DNA from: Immundisolibacteraceae bacterium
GTDB lineage: Bacteria; Pseudomonadota; Gammaproteobacteria; Immundisolibacterales; Immundisolibacteraceae
Assembly: GCA_016763355.1 (NCBI GenBank)
Contig: JAESTY010000294.1
Coordinates: forward strand, 1 to 30,124
Direction of reading: 5' to 3'
Length of the DNA: 30,124 nt
The notes beneath the pieces are model-generated. The model saw only the letters and a program-made list of their open reading frames with translations, searched no databases and was not told the origin of the DNA. Positions 13,389 to 21,340 of this stretch are shown piece after piece (within the stretch, counting starts at the first letter, position 1; every line of letters starts with the position of its first letter). Made by a program: the position numbers and the translations under genes.

Positions 13389-15367
13389 TATTGACCTCCT
13401 AAATATTTAATTTCGTCTATTGTTAGATTTTCTTTGTAGAATCGTAGGTCGGCGATGCGGCCGAACTGCTGACTGGCGGAGTTAAGGTTTGCCCCTACGT
13501 TAACCGTACTCAACCCGATCGGCATGGAGACTGTAGTGTCTACGCCGATGCCAACCCCATCAACGAGCAACTCTACGTTGTCCTCTTGATAGTTTACAGC
13601 TATCGCATATCGGGTCCCTGCGTCCATGTTAAACGCCGTGAACAACGATGCTTGGAGCACCCCCCCCGCCGTTATGGACAAAGATATCCTCTCGGATGGA
13701 TTTCTAATTAATAATATCCTGTTATTAGTTGTCCCGTCATGTATATCTAGTATCGTTTGATTCGCGCCAGTATCACCAATAACGTCCGCCTTCAAAAATA
13801 TACTCCCCTCGCTCATGCGGAAGTTTCCTTCGACGGGGATTGATTGATTGTCTGCTGCTCGGGTTGATGCTTCAGATACGCTTGACGGAAATGATAACTC
13901 CTCCATCCGAGAGAATGCAATCTCTACATCTATCGGATTGTTTGACGAGTCAGTCCGTATTCCGAAATTCTGATTAGTACCAGTAGCTGATGTGTTTGAT
14001 AGCGAAAATCTAGTCCATTCCTCGGTTGCTGTCTCGTCCGTAGGGCTTTGTCCTGCTGTTTGTAGTCTAAAGGTCTGAGTTCCTGATGTTGCCCTCACCC
14101 AAAACGAGACTGTGCCATCGGCACCCGCGCCGCTTAACGACTGGAGTTGTCGTATCGATGCCTCACCGGCGGCCGCATTCTGAAACCTGAAGGCGGAAGC
14201 TAAACCGTCTGGGCCCGTCACGCCGGGCGTTAGAATCTCGTTAACCCTCGCCCACGCAGCATTACTAAAATCATCTGGAAAATCAAAAATATTAGGTACG
14301 CTACCCTCGAATAACCAGCCCGTCGTTTCTTCGCGTGGAAAATCGACCGCAGCAGTACGCAACACGTCGTTAATGTCTACGGATGTTGCTGTAGTGTTTC
14401 TTATTGAGCTTAACGACGTTGCAGGCTCATTGATTACGCGCACTAAATCATTTTTAGCGTATACGTGTAACAGCGGGTTATCGAGTTTTGAAAAATCAAT
14501 GTTGTCGATGTTTACAATAGGCAATTCTTCAAATCTAGCTATTGTGGTCGAGCCCGTGGCAACGCCTTTAAACACATCGCCGGGCTTCAAGGTTATATTG
14601 GTGCCGCCGGTGATCGTGCCTTCGTTGTTAGTAATAGATAACGCCGAATTAACCAGTGTGATATTGCTAACTGAGCTAGGGTCGGACTTAACCAGTATCG
14701 GGTCGCCAATCGAGTAAGACGCTTTAAGCGTTGCATTGATCGCCGTCGCAGCCGTTACTAAATAATTAACCGATGCGTTAACGTTAAACGATGAGCTTTT
14801 TGGTATCCATTTTTTAGACGATGCAGGCAACCAGTTTGTGCCGTCATCTGTCGTTGGGTCGTTGCCAAGATTATTAGCGGTTAATGATTTCCACATGCCG
14901 CCGTCAGTAGTTTGAGCCACCTCACCAATCGGATAGCTAACACCTGCACTGTAAATGCCGTTAAATGGTATCTCTTTCCACGCTGAATCAACTAGCGTCG
15001 GGTCATTGCCAACATTGCCGCCACCAACTGATTGATAGAAATTACCATCAGAGCCCTCAACAAAGTCGCCTTTATCGTAAACAACGATGCTATCCCATGG
15101 AGAGAAATCGCCAAGCTCTTTCTCGCCGCCAACTGGATCGCGCTCTGCGTATTGAACGTTGAATTGATCGAAGTAGACAACTTTTGCTGAGCCGCTAAAG
15201 AAAACGTTACCTAAGTTTCCATTTGGTCCGACTGGAACATTGGTTGGGTTGTTTATTTGTTCCAGCTCGTCCTTGAATGTTTCCAGTGCTGTGTTTGTGC
15301 CAGACTTGAAAAACAGCAAGTGACCGTTAGATTTCATGTCCGTGATTGGCGATACAAATCGTCCCAT
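13388..15367 (-). CDS. Tail fibre/receptor-binding protein: N-terminal virion anchor, two CBM5/12-like repeats, CBM4-like domain, C-terminal LamG/ConA-like lectin
   Basis: Position equals P22 tailspike; WDSIVVYDKGD..GNDPT and YSAGVSYPIGE..GNDPT repeats; GWLFEGSVPN..TRAAD; IAVNY..LLVDG..RIADLRFY. Likely start ATG 15367 with GGAGAG RBS. Confidence 0.8.
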   Translation of the reverse strand: MGRFVSPITDMKSNGHLLFFKSGTNTALETFKDELEQINNPTNVPVGPNGNLGNVFFSGSAKVVYFDQFNVQYAERDPVGGEKELGDFSPWDSIVVYDKGDFVEGSDGNFYQSVGGGNVGNDPTLVDSAWKEIPFNGIYSAGVSYPIGEVAQTTDGGMWKSLTANNLGNDPTTDDGTNWLPASSKKWIPKSSSFNVNASVNYLVTAATAINATLKASYSIGDPILVKSDPSSVSNITLVNSALSITNNEGTITGGTNITLKPGDVFKGVATGSTTIARFEELPIVNIDNIDFSKLDNPLLHVYAKNDLVRVINEPATSLSSIRNTTATSVDINDVLRTAAVDFPREETTGWLFEGSVPNIFDFPDDFSNAAWARVNEILTPGVTGPDGLASAFRFQNAAAGEASIRQLQSLSGAGADGTVSFWVRATSGTQTFRLQTAGQSPTDETATEEWTRFSLSNTSATGTNQNFGIRTDSSNNPIDVEIAFSRMEELSFPSSVSEASTRAADNQSIPVEGNFRMSEGSIFLKADVIGDTGANQTILDIHDGTTNNRILLIRNPSERISLSITAGGVLQASLFTAFNMDAGTRYAIAVNYQEDNVELLVDGVGIGVDTTVSMPIGLSTVNVGANLNSASQQFGRIADLRFYKENLTIDEIKYLGGQ

Positions 15368-15421
15368 TAAAAATCTCTCCAATATTGTGTTAAGCTAATT
15401 ATAATACACAAGGGGGTAATT

Positions 15422-15514
15422 ATGAACAACGAAGACGAAAGCGGGTATGGCGCAACGTATAGGCTGATAGTTTTAATCATATCATTCATTGTTTGCGCCT
15501 TCATCTTTAAGTAG
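15422..15514 (+). CDS. 30-aa antisense-strand single-TM peptide (MNNEDESGYGATYRLIVLIISFIVCAFIFK)
   Basis: Manual translation; AAGGGGGT RBS, TATAAT at 15400-15405; overlaps the 3' end of the large ejection gene. Confidence 0.5.
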   Translation: MNNEDESGYGATYRLIVLIISFIVCAFIFK

Positions 15515-17176
15515 CGATCCCGCTGATAACGCAGAAGACGCTTGTAATAACTCGCGCTTAAATTGAGCTGCCTTAACTGCGTCCTTCACTGTCTCGTTAG
15601 CGATATTATCCAGCGCTTTTAGGTCGATATCGGTATCAAGCAACAAGTCAGAAAGATCGGAAATCCTCCGCTTATTCTTAGGTACAGCTCGTAGGTAAGC
15701 TTTTGTTATCCTTTCTGCGTCCGTACCAGCACTTGCCATAGTCTGTAAAAACTGTGCTCTATTCTTAGTTATGCGCTTGGCTATGCTCTTTGATATCGTA
15801 CCAACTGTGATAGCGCCAATCGCTATGGGAGCTATTGCGCCACCAAGTCCAGGGACGGTACTAGCTATTGCGCCAAGACCACCACCGCCAATTATACTGC
15901 TAAATAGGCTCGGGCTGTTTTCCAGTTTTAACCCCATACCACCAACCAACGAGGCGAAGTTTTGCTTAAAATCACCATCGGTTACTTTTCTGATCGCCGC
16001 AATATCCTCTGAGCTTAGGAATTTTTTGCTTTTCTTTCTGTTCAATAAGTTATTAAGCTCGTTTCTAATTCCTTTCTCGACGCCAGCTTTCCTGCTAGCT
16101 CCCATTTCGATGGCATCTTGAAGCATTTCGGCGCGCTTTGCTCTGCCCCATAATTTACGGGCTGCACGGTATTTCTTGCCAACATCGGCGGCGCTAACTT
16201 TTGAGCCCTTCTGTATGTCGATGGATTTTATTTCATCCAAAAAGCTATCAATTTCATCAACAACAGCAAGGCCAACTCTCATTTTATTTGGATCAGATGA
16301 TACCACTGCGTTTTTAGCTACCGTTCTTAAGGTGTCCATTTCGCTAGTTGGTATCGCTCCACCTTTGGCAATCGATTCTTTAACGGCGTCAATTGCCCCG
16401 GCCGCTTCCGGCGTCACTCTAATGTCGATACCTTCTTTTTTAGCCACAGAGTCAAGGCTGGATTCTAATCGTTTTAATGCCCGTTGATTAATCGATACTC
16501 CAGACTGATCAAGCTCGTCAAATATAGCTCTTGACGCCTTCTTAATGTTTGCGATATCTGGTGCCGATTCGATTATCGTGTTCTTTATTAGCTTGCTAGT
16601 TGGGCTTTTTATCGCGGTTAGTTTCCTTGAACCTTTAATTCCTAATAGCTCAAGCGCCGCTGTTGGCAGTGTGTGCGCGACTGTTGCTAGCGCTGGGCTA
16701 CCAGTTAATTCAAGCACGTTATCGCCTAAGAATTTCTCGGCTTTAGATAGAGCTTCGCCCACTGGCTTTATCGCCTCGCCTATAGCCTGCTGTTGAGATA
16801 TTCCCGCCTCGGTTGATGGCTGGAAGGTTAAAGCTTCGCGAGTCGCCTCAACCGCTCTAGCTCCTGCACCCTTATCAGCGAATGGGTTGATTGCCTGTGC
16901 GATTCCGGCTATTCCAGTCAATGGCTCGGCTACGATACCCGATGCTAACGCGCCCACGTTTTCTAGCACGCCAATAGCCTGATCACCAAAACTCGGATCT
17001 TGCTGTTGAGCTGGTAATTGTGGCTGCGGTTGAGGCTCGGGAGTAGGTGTCGGCGCTTGCTGATCAAAAAGCCCTTGCGACTTAGCGAAATTAAAAATCT
17101 GCTCGTCCGTCGCCCCCTCGGGAGCTTCGATTTTAAACGACTGCCCCGATGGGGTTTGTATGGTTACAATTGGCAT
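15482..17176 (-). CDS. DNA ejection (injection) protein, P22 gp16-position analogue
   Basis: Last and largest of the ejection-like genes; helical Ala/Gly-rich with hydrophobic GG segments. Confidence 0.7.
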   Translation of the reverse strand: MPIVTIQTPSGQSFKIEAPEGATDEQIFNFAKSQGLFDQQAPTPTPEPQPQPQLPAQQQDPSFGDQAIGVLENVGALASGIVAEPLTGIAGIAQAINPFADKGAGARAVEATREALTFQPSTEAGISQQQAIGEAIKPVGEALSKAEKFLGDNVLELTGSPALATVAHTLPTAALELLGIKGSRKLTAIKSPTSKLIKNTIIESAPDIANIKKASRAIFDELDQSGVSINQRALKRLESSLDSVAKKEGIDIRVTPEAAGAIDAVKESIAKGGAIPTSEMDTLRTVAKNAVVSSDPNKMRVGLAVVDEIDSFLDEIKSIDIQKGSKVSAADVGKKYRAARKLWGRAKRAEMLQDAIEMGASRKAGVEKGIRNELNNLLNRKKSKKFLSSEDIAAIRKVTDGDFKQNFASLVGGMGLKLENSPSLFSSIIGGGGLGAIASTVPGLGGAIAPIAIGAITVGTISKSIAKRITKNRAQFLQTMASAGTDAERITKAYLRAVPKNKRRISDLSDLLLDTDIDLKALDNIANETVKDAVKAAQFKRELLQASSALSAGSLLKDEGANNE

Positions 17177-18354
17177 TATCTGATCACCTTGAATCCTGAG
17201 AATTCGCCTGGTTGATCGTTAACTGCTGGCGGCTGATCTTGCTCTCGCTCTTTGCTTCGTAGGAAACCGGCAACCGTACCGCCTTGGTCAAGAAAGTTTA
17301 TTTGCTCGCTATAATAAGATCTCAGCTTTTCCTGTGCTGATTTACGTCTATTCAGATGATCAATAAGCTGCGGGGTATCTAAACCAGTTGGCAAGGCAAC
17401 TTCTTTAGCCAAGTTTAGCTCACCCTCAGATAGCGCGCCAAATGTAACTGAGCCGATAACATCAAGAGCCATGGACTTTTGAATGTTGTCAAGCTCTACT
17501 GATGAAGCTTTAAACGATGGTAAAAACTTCTGAATAGCACCAACGCCAGCGCCAGAATTAAGGACCGTAATAGCTCTATCGATGTTAAGAATTCCAGCGT
17601 TGATTTTTTCAATCTTGCTAAAACCGTTATCAATAACCTTTGACCGCCTTGTCGCCGTTAATTCACCGAACTTTTCACGCTGCTTAATGGTCGCCTTAAC
17701 CTTGCCTATTTGATCCGCTAGACCTTGGTCGCTAATAGTCTGAATTGCTGAGCCAACGGCGCGAGGTGATAATCCAAGCTTAATAAGCGTTGCCTCTTTC
17801 TTCTGATCATCAGTAAGGCCACCAGTTAGAGATTCAAATTCTCGCTCGCCTGCTGTTTTACGCTTGATAGCTTCGGCTTCCGTATCCTTTAGAAAACCAA
17901 GCTGAACACCAGCCTCTTTTGCTGAATCAAGGCCTCTAAGCACCCCCGCGCTATCACCGCTTGCCATTTTAGTAAGAACAGCGTCAGTTCCGGAGGTGTC
18001 GCCATTGAGATTGACAATTGCAGACCGCCTATCGGTAAATAGATCGATAGCACCTTGCATATTGTTATTGGCAACCATATTTCTAGCGCTAACAACATCA
18101 TCAAAGTATGCCTTCTGGCGATCCTTTGATAAGCCTCGAAAAGTAGACGCCACCTGCCCCGCTCGCTGAGGGTCTAACGCCGTCAGCTCTTGAAAGTCCA
18201 AGCTTTGCGACGGGCTAAACGCGCCCTGACCAGCCTGCTGCGCGATACCCTGCTGCAAAGCGTTTATCTGTTGTTGCCGCTGCTGTTGCTGTAGCGCTTG
18301 CCCGGCTTGTTGGCCCTGCGAAAAAGACGCTACTGGGTTAAAATTACTAGCCAT
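17176..18354 (-). CDS. DNA ejection protein, P22 gp20-like position
   Basis: Gln-rich N-terminus, helical; synteny. Confidence 0.65.
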   Translation of the reverse strand: MASNFNPVASFSQGQQAGQALQQQQRQQQINALQQGIAQQAGQGAFSPSQSLDFQELTALDPQRAGQVASTFRGLSKDRQKAYFDDVVSARNMVANNNMQGAIDLFTDRRSAIVNLNGDTSGTDAVLTKMASGDSAGVLRGLDSAKEAGVQLGFLKDTEAEAIKRKTAGEREFESLTGGLTDDQKKEATLIKLGLSPRAVGSAIQTISDQGLADQIGKVKATIKQREKFGELTATRRSKVIDNGFSKIEKINAGILNIDRAITVLNSGAGVGAIQKFLPSFKASSVELDNIQKSMALDVIGSVTFGALSEGELNLAKEVALPTGLDTPQLIDHLNRRKSAQEKLRSYYSEQINFLDQGGTVAGFLRSKEREQDQPPAVNDQPGEFSGFKVIR

Positions 18355-19634
18355 TAATTACTCCCTAAACCTTGTGATAGTCCAAACGCCCCAGCCAAGT
18401 TACCAATTAATTGCGTGGTGTTTTGCCCTGCTGCTAGAGCGGCCTGCGCCTGTGCGTTACCTGACCCTAAAGCTAACGAGCTTAACTGAGAGCCTTGGCC
18501 GGTAGATAGATTGGCCAATAACTGCGCTAACTGAGACTGCTGCTGAGCTGTAGTTAGTCCCGCCTGGCTTTGTATGTTACCTAAGTTTACGCTGCCTGCA
18601 CCGATTATATCAGATAATCCAGCGCCCTGCTGTGCCGCCAATTGCGATAGCTGACTGGTAGTTAAACCGATTTGATTAGCAATGTCTCTGCCAGCCTGTA
18701 ATCGACCTGATGAAACTTGTTGTCCGGTGCCAGCGAATAATCCAGATGATGCTAAACCGCCCTGCTGCTGAAATCCAGCGCCCTGACTTGTTAATTGCGC
18801 GGCTATTCCAGCGCCCTGACCAAATAAGTTAGATTGAGCTCTCGCTGCGCCTAGTCTGTTTGCTGCGCTCGCTATATCGGCTTGCGTGCCGAGTTGAGCG
18901 TTAGTTGATGCTAGTTGCCCTTGCTGCTGCCCTGCTTGGCCCAAGAATGCGCCCGCTTGTCCTGCTGCTTGCAAGCCTTGCCCGCTCAATGCCGACAGGT
19001 TAGCTATTTGCTGTTGAACTTGCTGCGCTGCCTGCGCCTGACCTAGTTGTTGCAATTCTATTCTAGCTTGCCCGCTACCTAAACCACCCAGCGACGCAGC
19101 CTGATTTATTAAAGCTTGCTGTCCTCTTTGGTTTAATAGATCTTGTTGTGGGCTCGATAATAGGGCTTGATCAAAAGCTTCCTGACCGCCAATGCCAGAT
19201 AACGCAGCCTGTAATTGTTGAGCCTGCAAGCCTGCGCCAGAAAACCGATCAACCCCTGCCGCAGCTTGCTGAAACAATGGCTGACCTGTCAGTGGATCCA
19301 CGGATTGCGCTTGCGCACCAAAATCGCCACCTAAGGCGCTTACGCCTCGTTGTATCTGCTCTTGTGCCAAACCTTGCCCAAACTGCAAAGTCCTAAGTGC
19401 TGAGCCTGTGCCTTGCTGTATGGCACCAAGACCACCAGTGAGGCTGCCTCTTAATGCCGCCTCCGAACCAGCTAAACCAAACTGCTGTTGTTGCTGTTGC
19501 TGAGGTTGAAACCGCTGTTGAGGTTGAGGTGCTCCAGCGCCGACTGCTGTAGGTACATTTGATATCGCCCCTTGTTGCGGTTGTGCAAAGGTTGGCCCTG
19601 GGTTTCTGCTAAATTGCTGTAGTGGTGACGCCAT
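18354..19634 (-). CDS. Gln/Gly/Ala-rich DNA ejection/pilot protein
   Basis: Low-complexity amphipathic QAGL repeats typical of ejection proteins; synteny. Confidence 0.65.
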   Translation of the reverse strand: MASPLQQFSRNPGPTFAQPQQGAISNVPTAVGAGAPQPQQRFQPQQQQQQQFGLAGSEAALRGSLTGGLGAIQQGTGSALRTLQFGQGLAQEQIQRGVSALGGDFGAQAQSVDPLTGQPLFQQAAAGVDRFSGAGLQAQQLQAALSGIGGQEAFDQALLSSPQQDLLNQRGQQALINQAASLGGLGSGQARIELQQLGQAQAAQQVQQQIANLSALSGQGLQAAGQAGAFLGQAGQQQGQLASTNAQLGTQADIASAANRLGAARAQSNLFGQGAGIAAQLTSQGAGFQQQGGLASSGLFAGTGQQVSSGRLQAGRDIANQIGLTTSQLSQLAAQQGAGLSDIIGAGSVNLGNIQSQAGLTTAQQQSQLAQLLANLSTGQGSQLSSLALGSGNAQAQAALAAGQNTTQLIGNLAGAFGLSQGLGSN

Positions 19635-19656
19635 AATTATTCCTAATATTTAATGT

Positions 19657-20208
19657 TTATCTTACCAACCCGGAAAAGTTACCCGGTCCGCCAAGTTTGT
19701 TTTGACCAAAAATCCCAGACAAAGGATCGCGAGTGGTAACCAGTGGACCAACAAATTCCCCTCCTGGTTGCTGCGCTTGTTGTGCGAATGGGTCATTGAA
19801 TTGCGGGAGCTGCTGCTGAAAGAAACTTAAATCAGGCTGCTGCAATTGCGTTGGTTGTAACTGGCTAAGATCGACATTGCCGCCTAATATTGCGTTTTGG
19901 AATTGCGGCAAGCCTGATAATAGTTGCTGTTGCGCTGCTACATTGCCCTGTTGAAACACTTGAGACTGAGCAGGTAAAGACTGGCCGAAAACATCTAGGG
20001 CGCTCTGAAATCCCGCTGCTGCATTTTCTTGCGCGGCAGGGAATAGCTTGAATAAATCGTCTCTAGCCTTATTGGTTGCTCGTGTTGTTGCGGCTTCCGC
20101 TGATGCCACTCCCGCCGCCGTGGCCTTTGACGCCTTACTTGACGCCTTACTTGACGACACCGCGCCTATGATTGCCGCGCCCGCTATTGCTGTTGCTACT
20201 CCTGACAT
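19657..20208 (-). CDS. Small DNA ejection protein, P22 gp7-like
   Basis: N-terminal hydrophobic MSGVATAIAGAAIIGAVSS then SSKASSKASKA; synteny. Confidence 0.7.
   Translation of the reverse strand: MSGVATAIAGAAIIGAVSSSKASSKASKATAAGVASAEAATTRATNKARDDLFKLFPAAQENAAAGFQSALDVFGQSLPAQSQVFQQGNVAAQQQLLSGLPQFQNAILGGNVDLSQLQPTQLQQPDLSFFQQQLPQFNDPFAQQAQQPGGEFVGPLVTTRDPLSGIFGQNKLGGPGNFSGLVR
20127..20156. repeat. 12-bp tandem repeat (TTGACGCCTTAC x2.5) encoding SSKA-SSKA-SKA
   Basis: Read directly. Confidence 0.85.
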
Positions 20209-21074
20209 TTTAAGTCCTCGCTTTCTAATCTTAGTTTTAGTAGGTGAGAGTAATTTATAGTTATCTCCTCGAATGGCTCGATATCTTTAAGCGCTATCAC
20301 ATCAATGTTTTTATCAACGAGCTTCATAGTTGCGTTGGGTTGCTTGGCGTGGTTGATGTATCGACCTGCTGGAGTTCGCTTCCCGTTTATTCTTGATGAG
20401 CAGATAACGTGATCAGCATCTATCTTGCAGGTAGAAAAGAAACCCTTACCTTCAATTTTTGAATCGTCTACATAAAGGTTTTCATAACCGATAGGCATAT
20501 TCATTTGATCAAGCTTACTCTCCACTTGCGATCTTATTTCTTGCTCTGTCATTTCCATCTTATCCACCATGGCTAAGTAATCCATTCTGTTTAGTGACGC
20601 CGTAAATATTTCTAATTCCTCGAAGGTATCAGCGGTGATCATGCTTTGTATTTCGTCGCCGTTATTACCGGTCACCGGATGGACAGTTATCCAAGTTGTA
20701 TCCTCGTGGGCATACCCTGCTCGTTTCTTTCCTGCCATGCCGCTAAAGCAGTTATACCCGGTGAATCGTCGAGTTTCTCCGCTGTCGGTTGATACTGTAA
20801 TGTCGCCACTAATCATAATATCTAAGTGGTTAAACTTATAAATCTGCCCGGTGATCACAGTGCCTTTTGGAATTGTGATTTCTCGCGCATACATCCCACC
20901 GTGGATAGTATGGGTCACTGGGATGCCCACTTGAGGCATAGTCTTTGCGACTTCTTCATACTTAAGCAGCATATCCCTGTTAAGCGTCTTGCTGCCTACG
21001 CAGATATCACCAACCAATGATATTAGATGGCTCTCTATCTGGACCTTCGTGTATTCTTCTGCTGCACAATTCAT
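20196..21074 (-). CDS. Cupin-like domain fused to a SET domain (putative protein lysine methyltransferase)
   Basis: aa 50-135 cupin-like HTIHGGMYAREITIPKGTVITG..NH..MISG..AHEDTTWITVH; aa 199-276 SET motifs GKGFF, RYINHAKQPNA, ALKDIEPFEEITINY. Confidence 0.85.
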   Translation of the reverse strand: MNCAAEEYTKVQIESHLISLVGDICVGSKTLNRDMLLKYEEVAKTMPQVGIPVTHTIHGGMYAREITIPKGTVITGQIYKFNHLDIMISGDITVSTDSGETRRFTGYNCFSGMAGKKRAGYAHEDTTWITVHPVTGNNGDEIQSMITADTFEELEIFTASLNRMDYLAMVDKMEMTEQEIRSQVESKLDQMNMPIGYENLYVDDSKIEGKGFFSTCKIDADHVICSSRINGKRTPAGRYINHAKQPNATMKLVDKNIDVIALKDIEPFEEITINYSHLLKLRLESEDLKCQE

Positions 21075-21340
21075 ATTAAGATCCAGCCTTTTGTTTTGTC
21101 GCCAAGGATATTATCGTCGCGCTTTGCGTATCTGATGTTGCTAGCTGTGCCAGCGCTATCTTGATACGTTGCGCCCTCTGTAGCATCGACCACACCCTCG
21201 GGGTTGCCAGTACCAATGATTAACGATTGGTCGGTGATAATCTTTGTCCATGAGCGCATCTGAGCGGACTGCGAGCCATCACCCTCAACTATTGGCCGGT
21301 CGGTCGGTGGCTGAGTAACTCTAGTTACCATTTTGACCAC
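21071..21340 (-). CDS. Small tail protein at the P22 gp26 (needle/plug) position
   Basis: Follows the gp10-like gene; GTGNPEGVVDA..G..Y..GW motif seen in tail appendage tips. Confidence 0.6.
   Translation of the reverse strand: MVKMVTRVTQPPTDRPIVEGDGSQSAQMRSWTKIITDQSLIIGTGNPEGVVDATEGATYQDSAGTASNIRYAKRDDNILGDKTKGWILI

Noticed and set aside
13440-14400. Locally higher GC in the fibre lectin region (for example 38/60 at 14161-14220), suggesting recent acquisition
   Set aside because: Neighbouring lines in the same domain are AT-rich; it cannot be supported without a windowed GC and codon-usage computation.
18354-19634. Q/G/A low-complexity repeats that look prion-like
   Set aside because: Composition is typical of unfolded podovirus ejection proteins; explained by the feature call.
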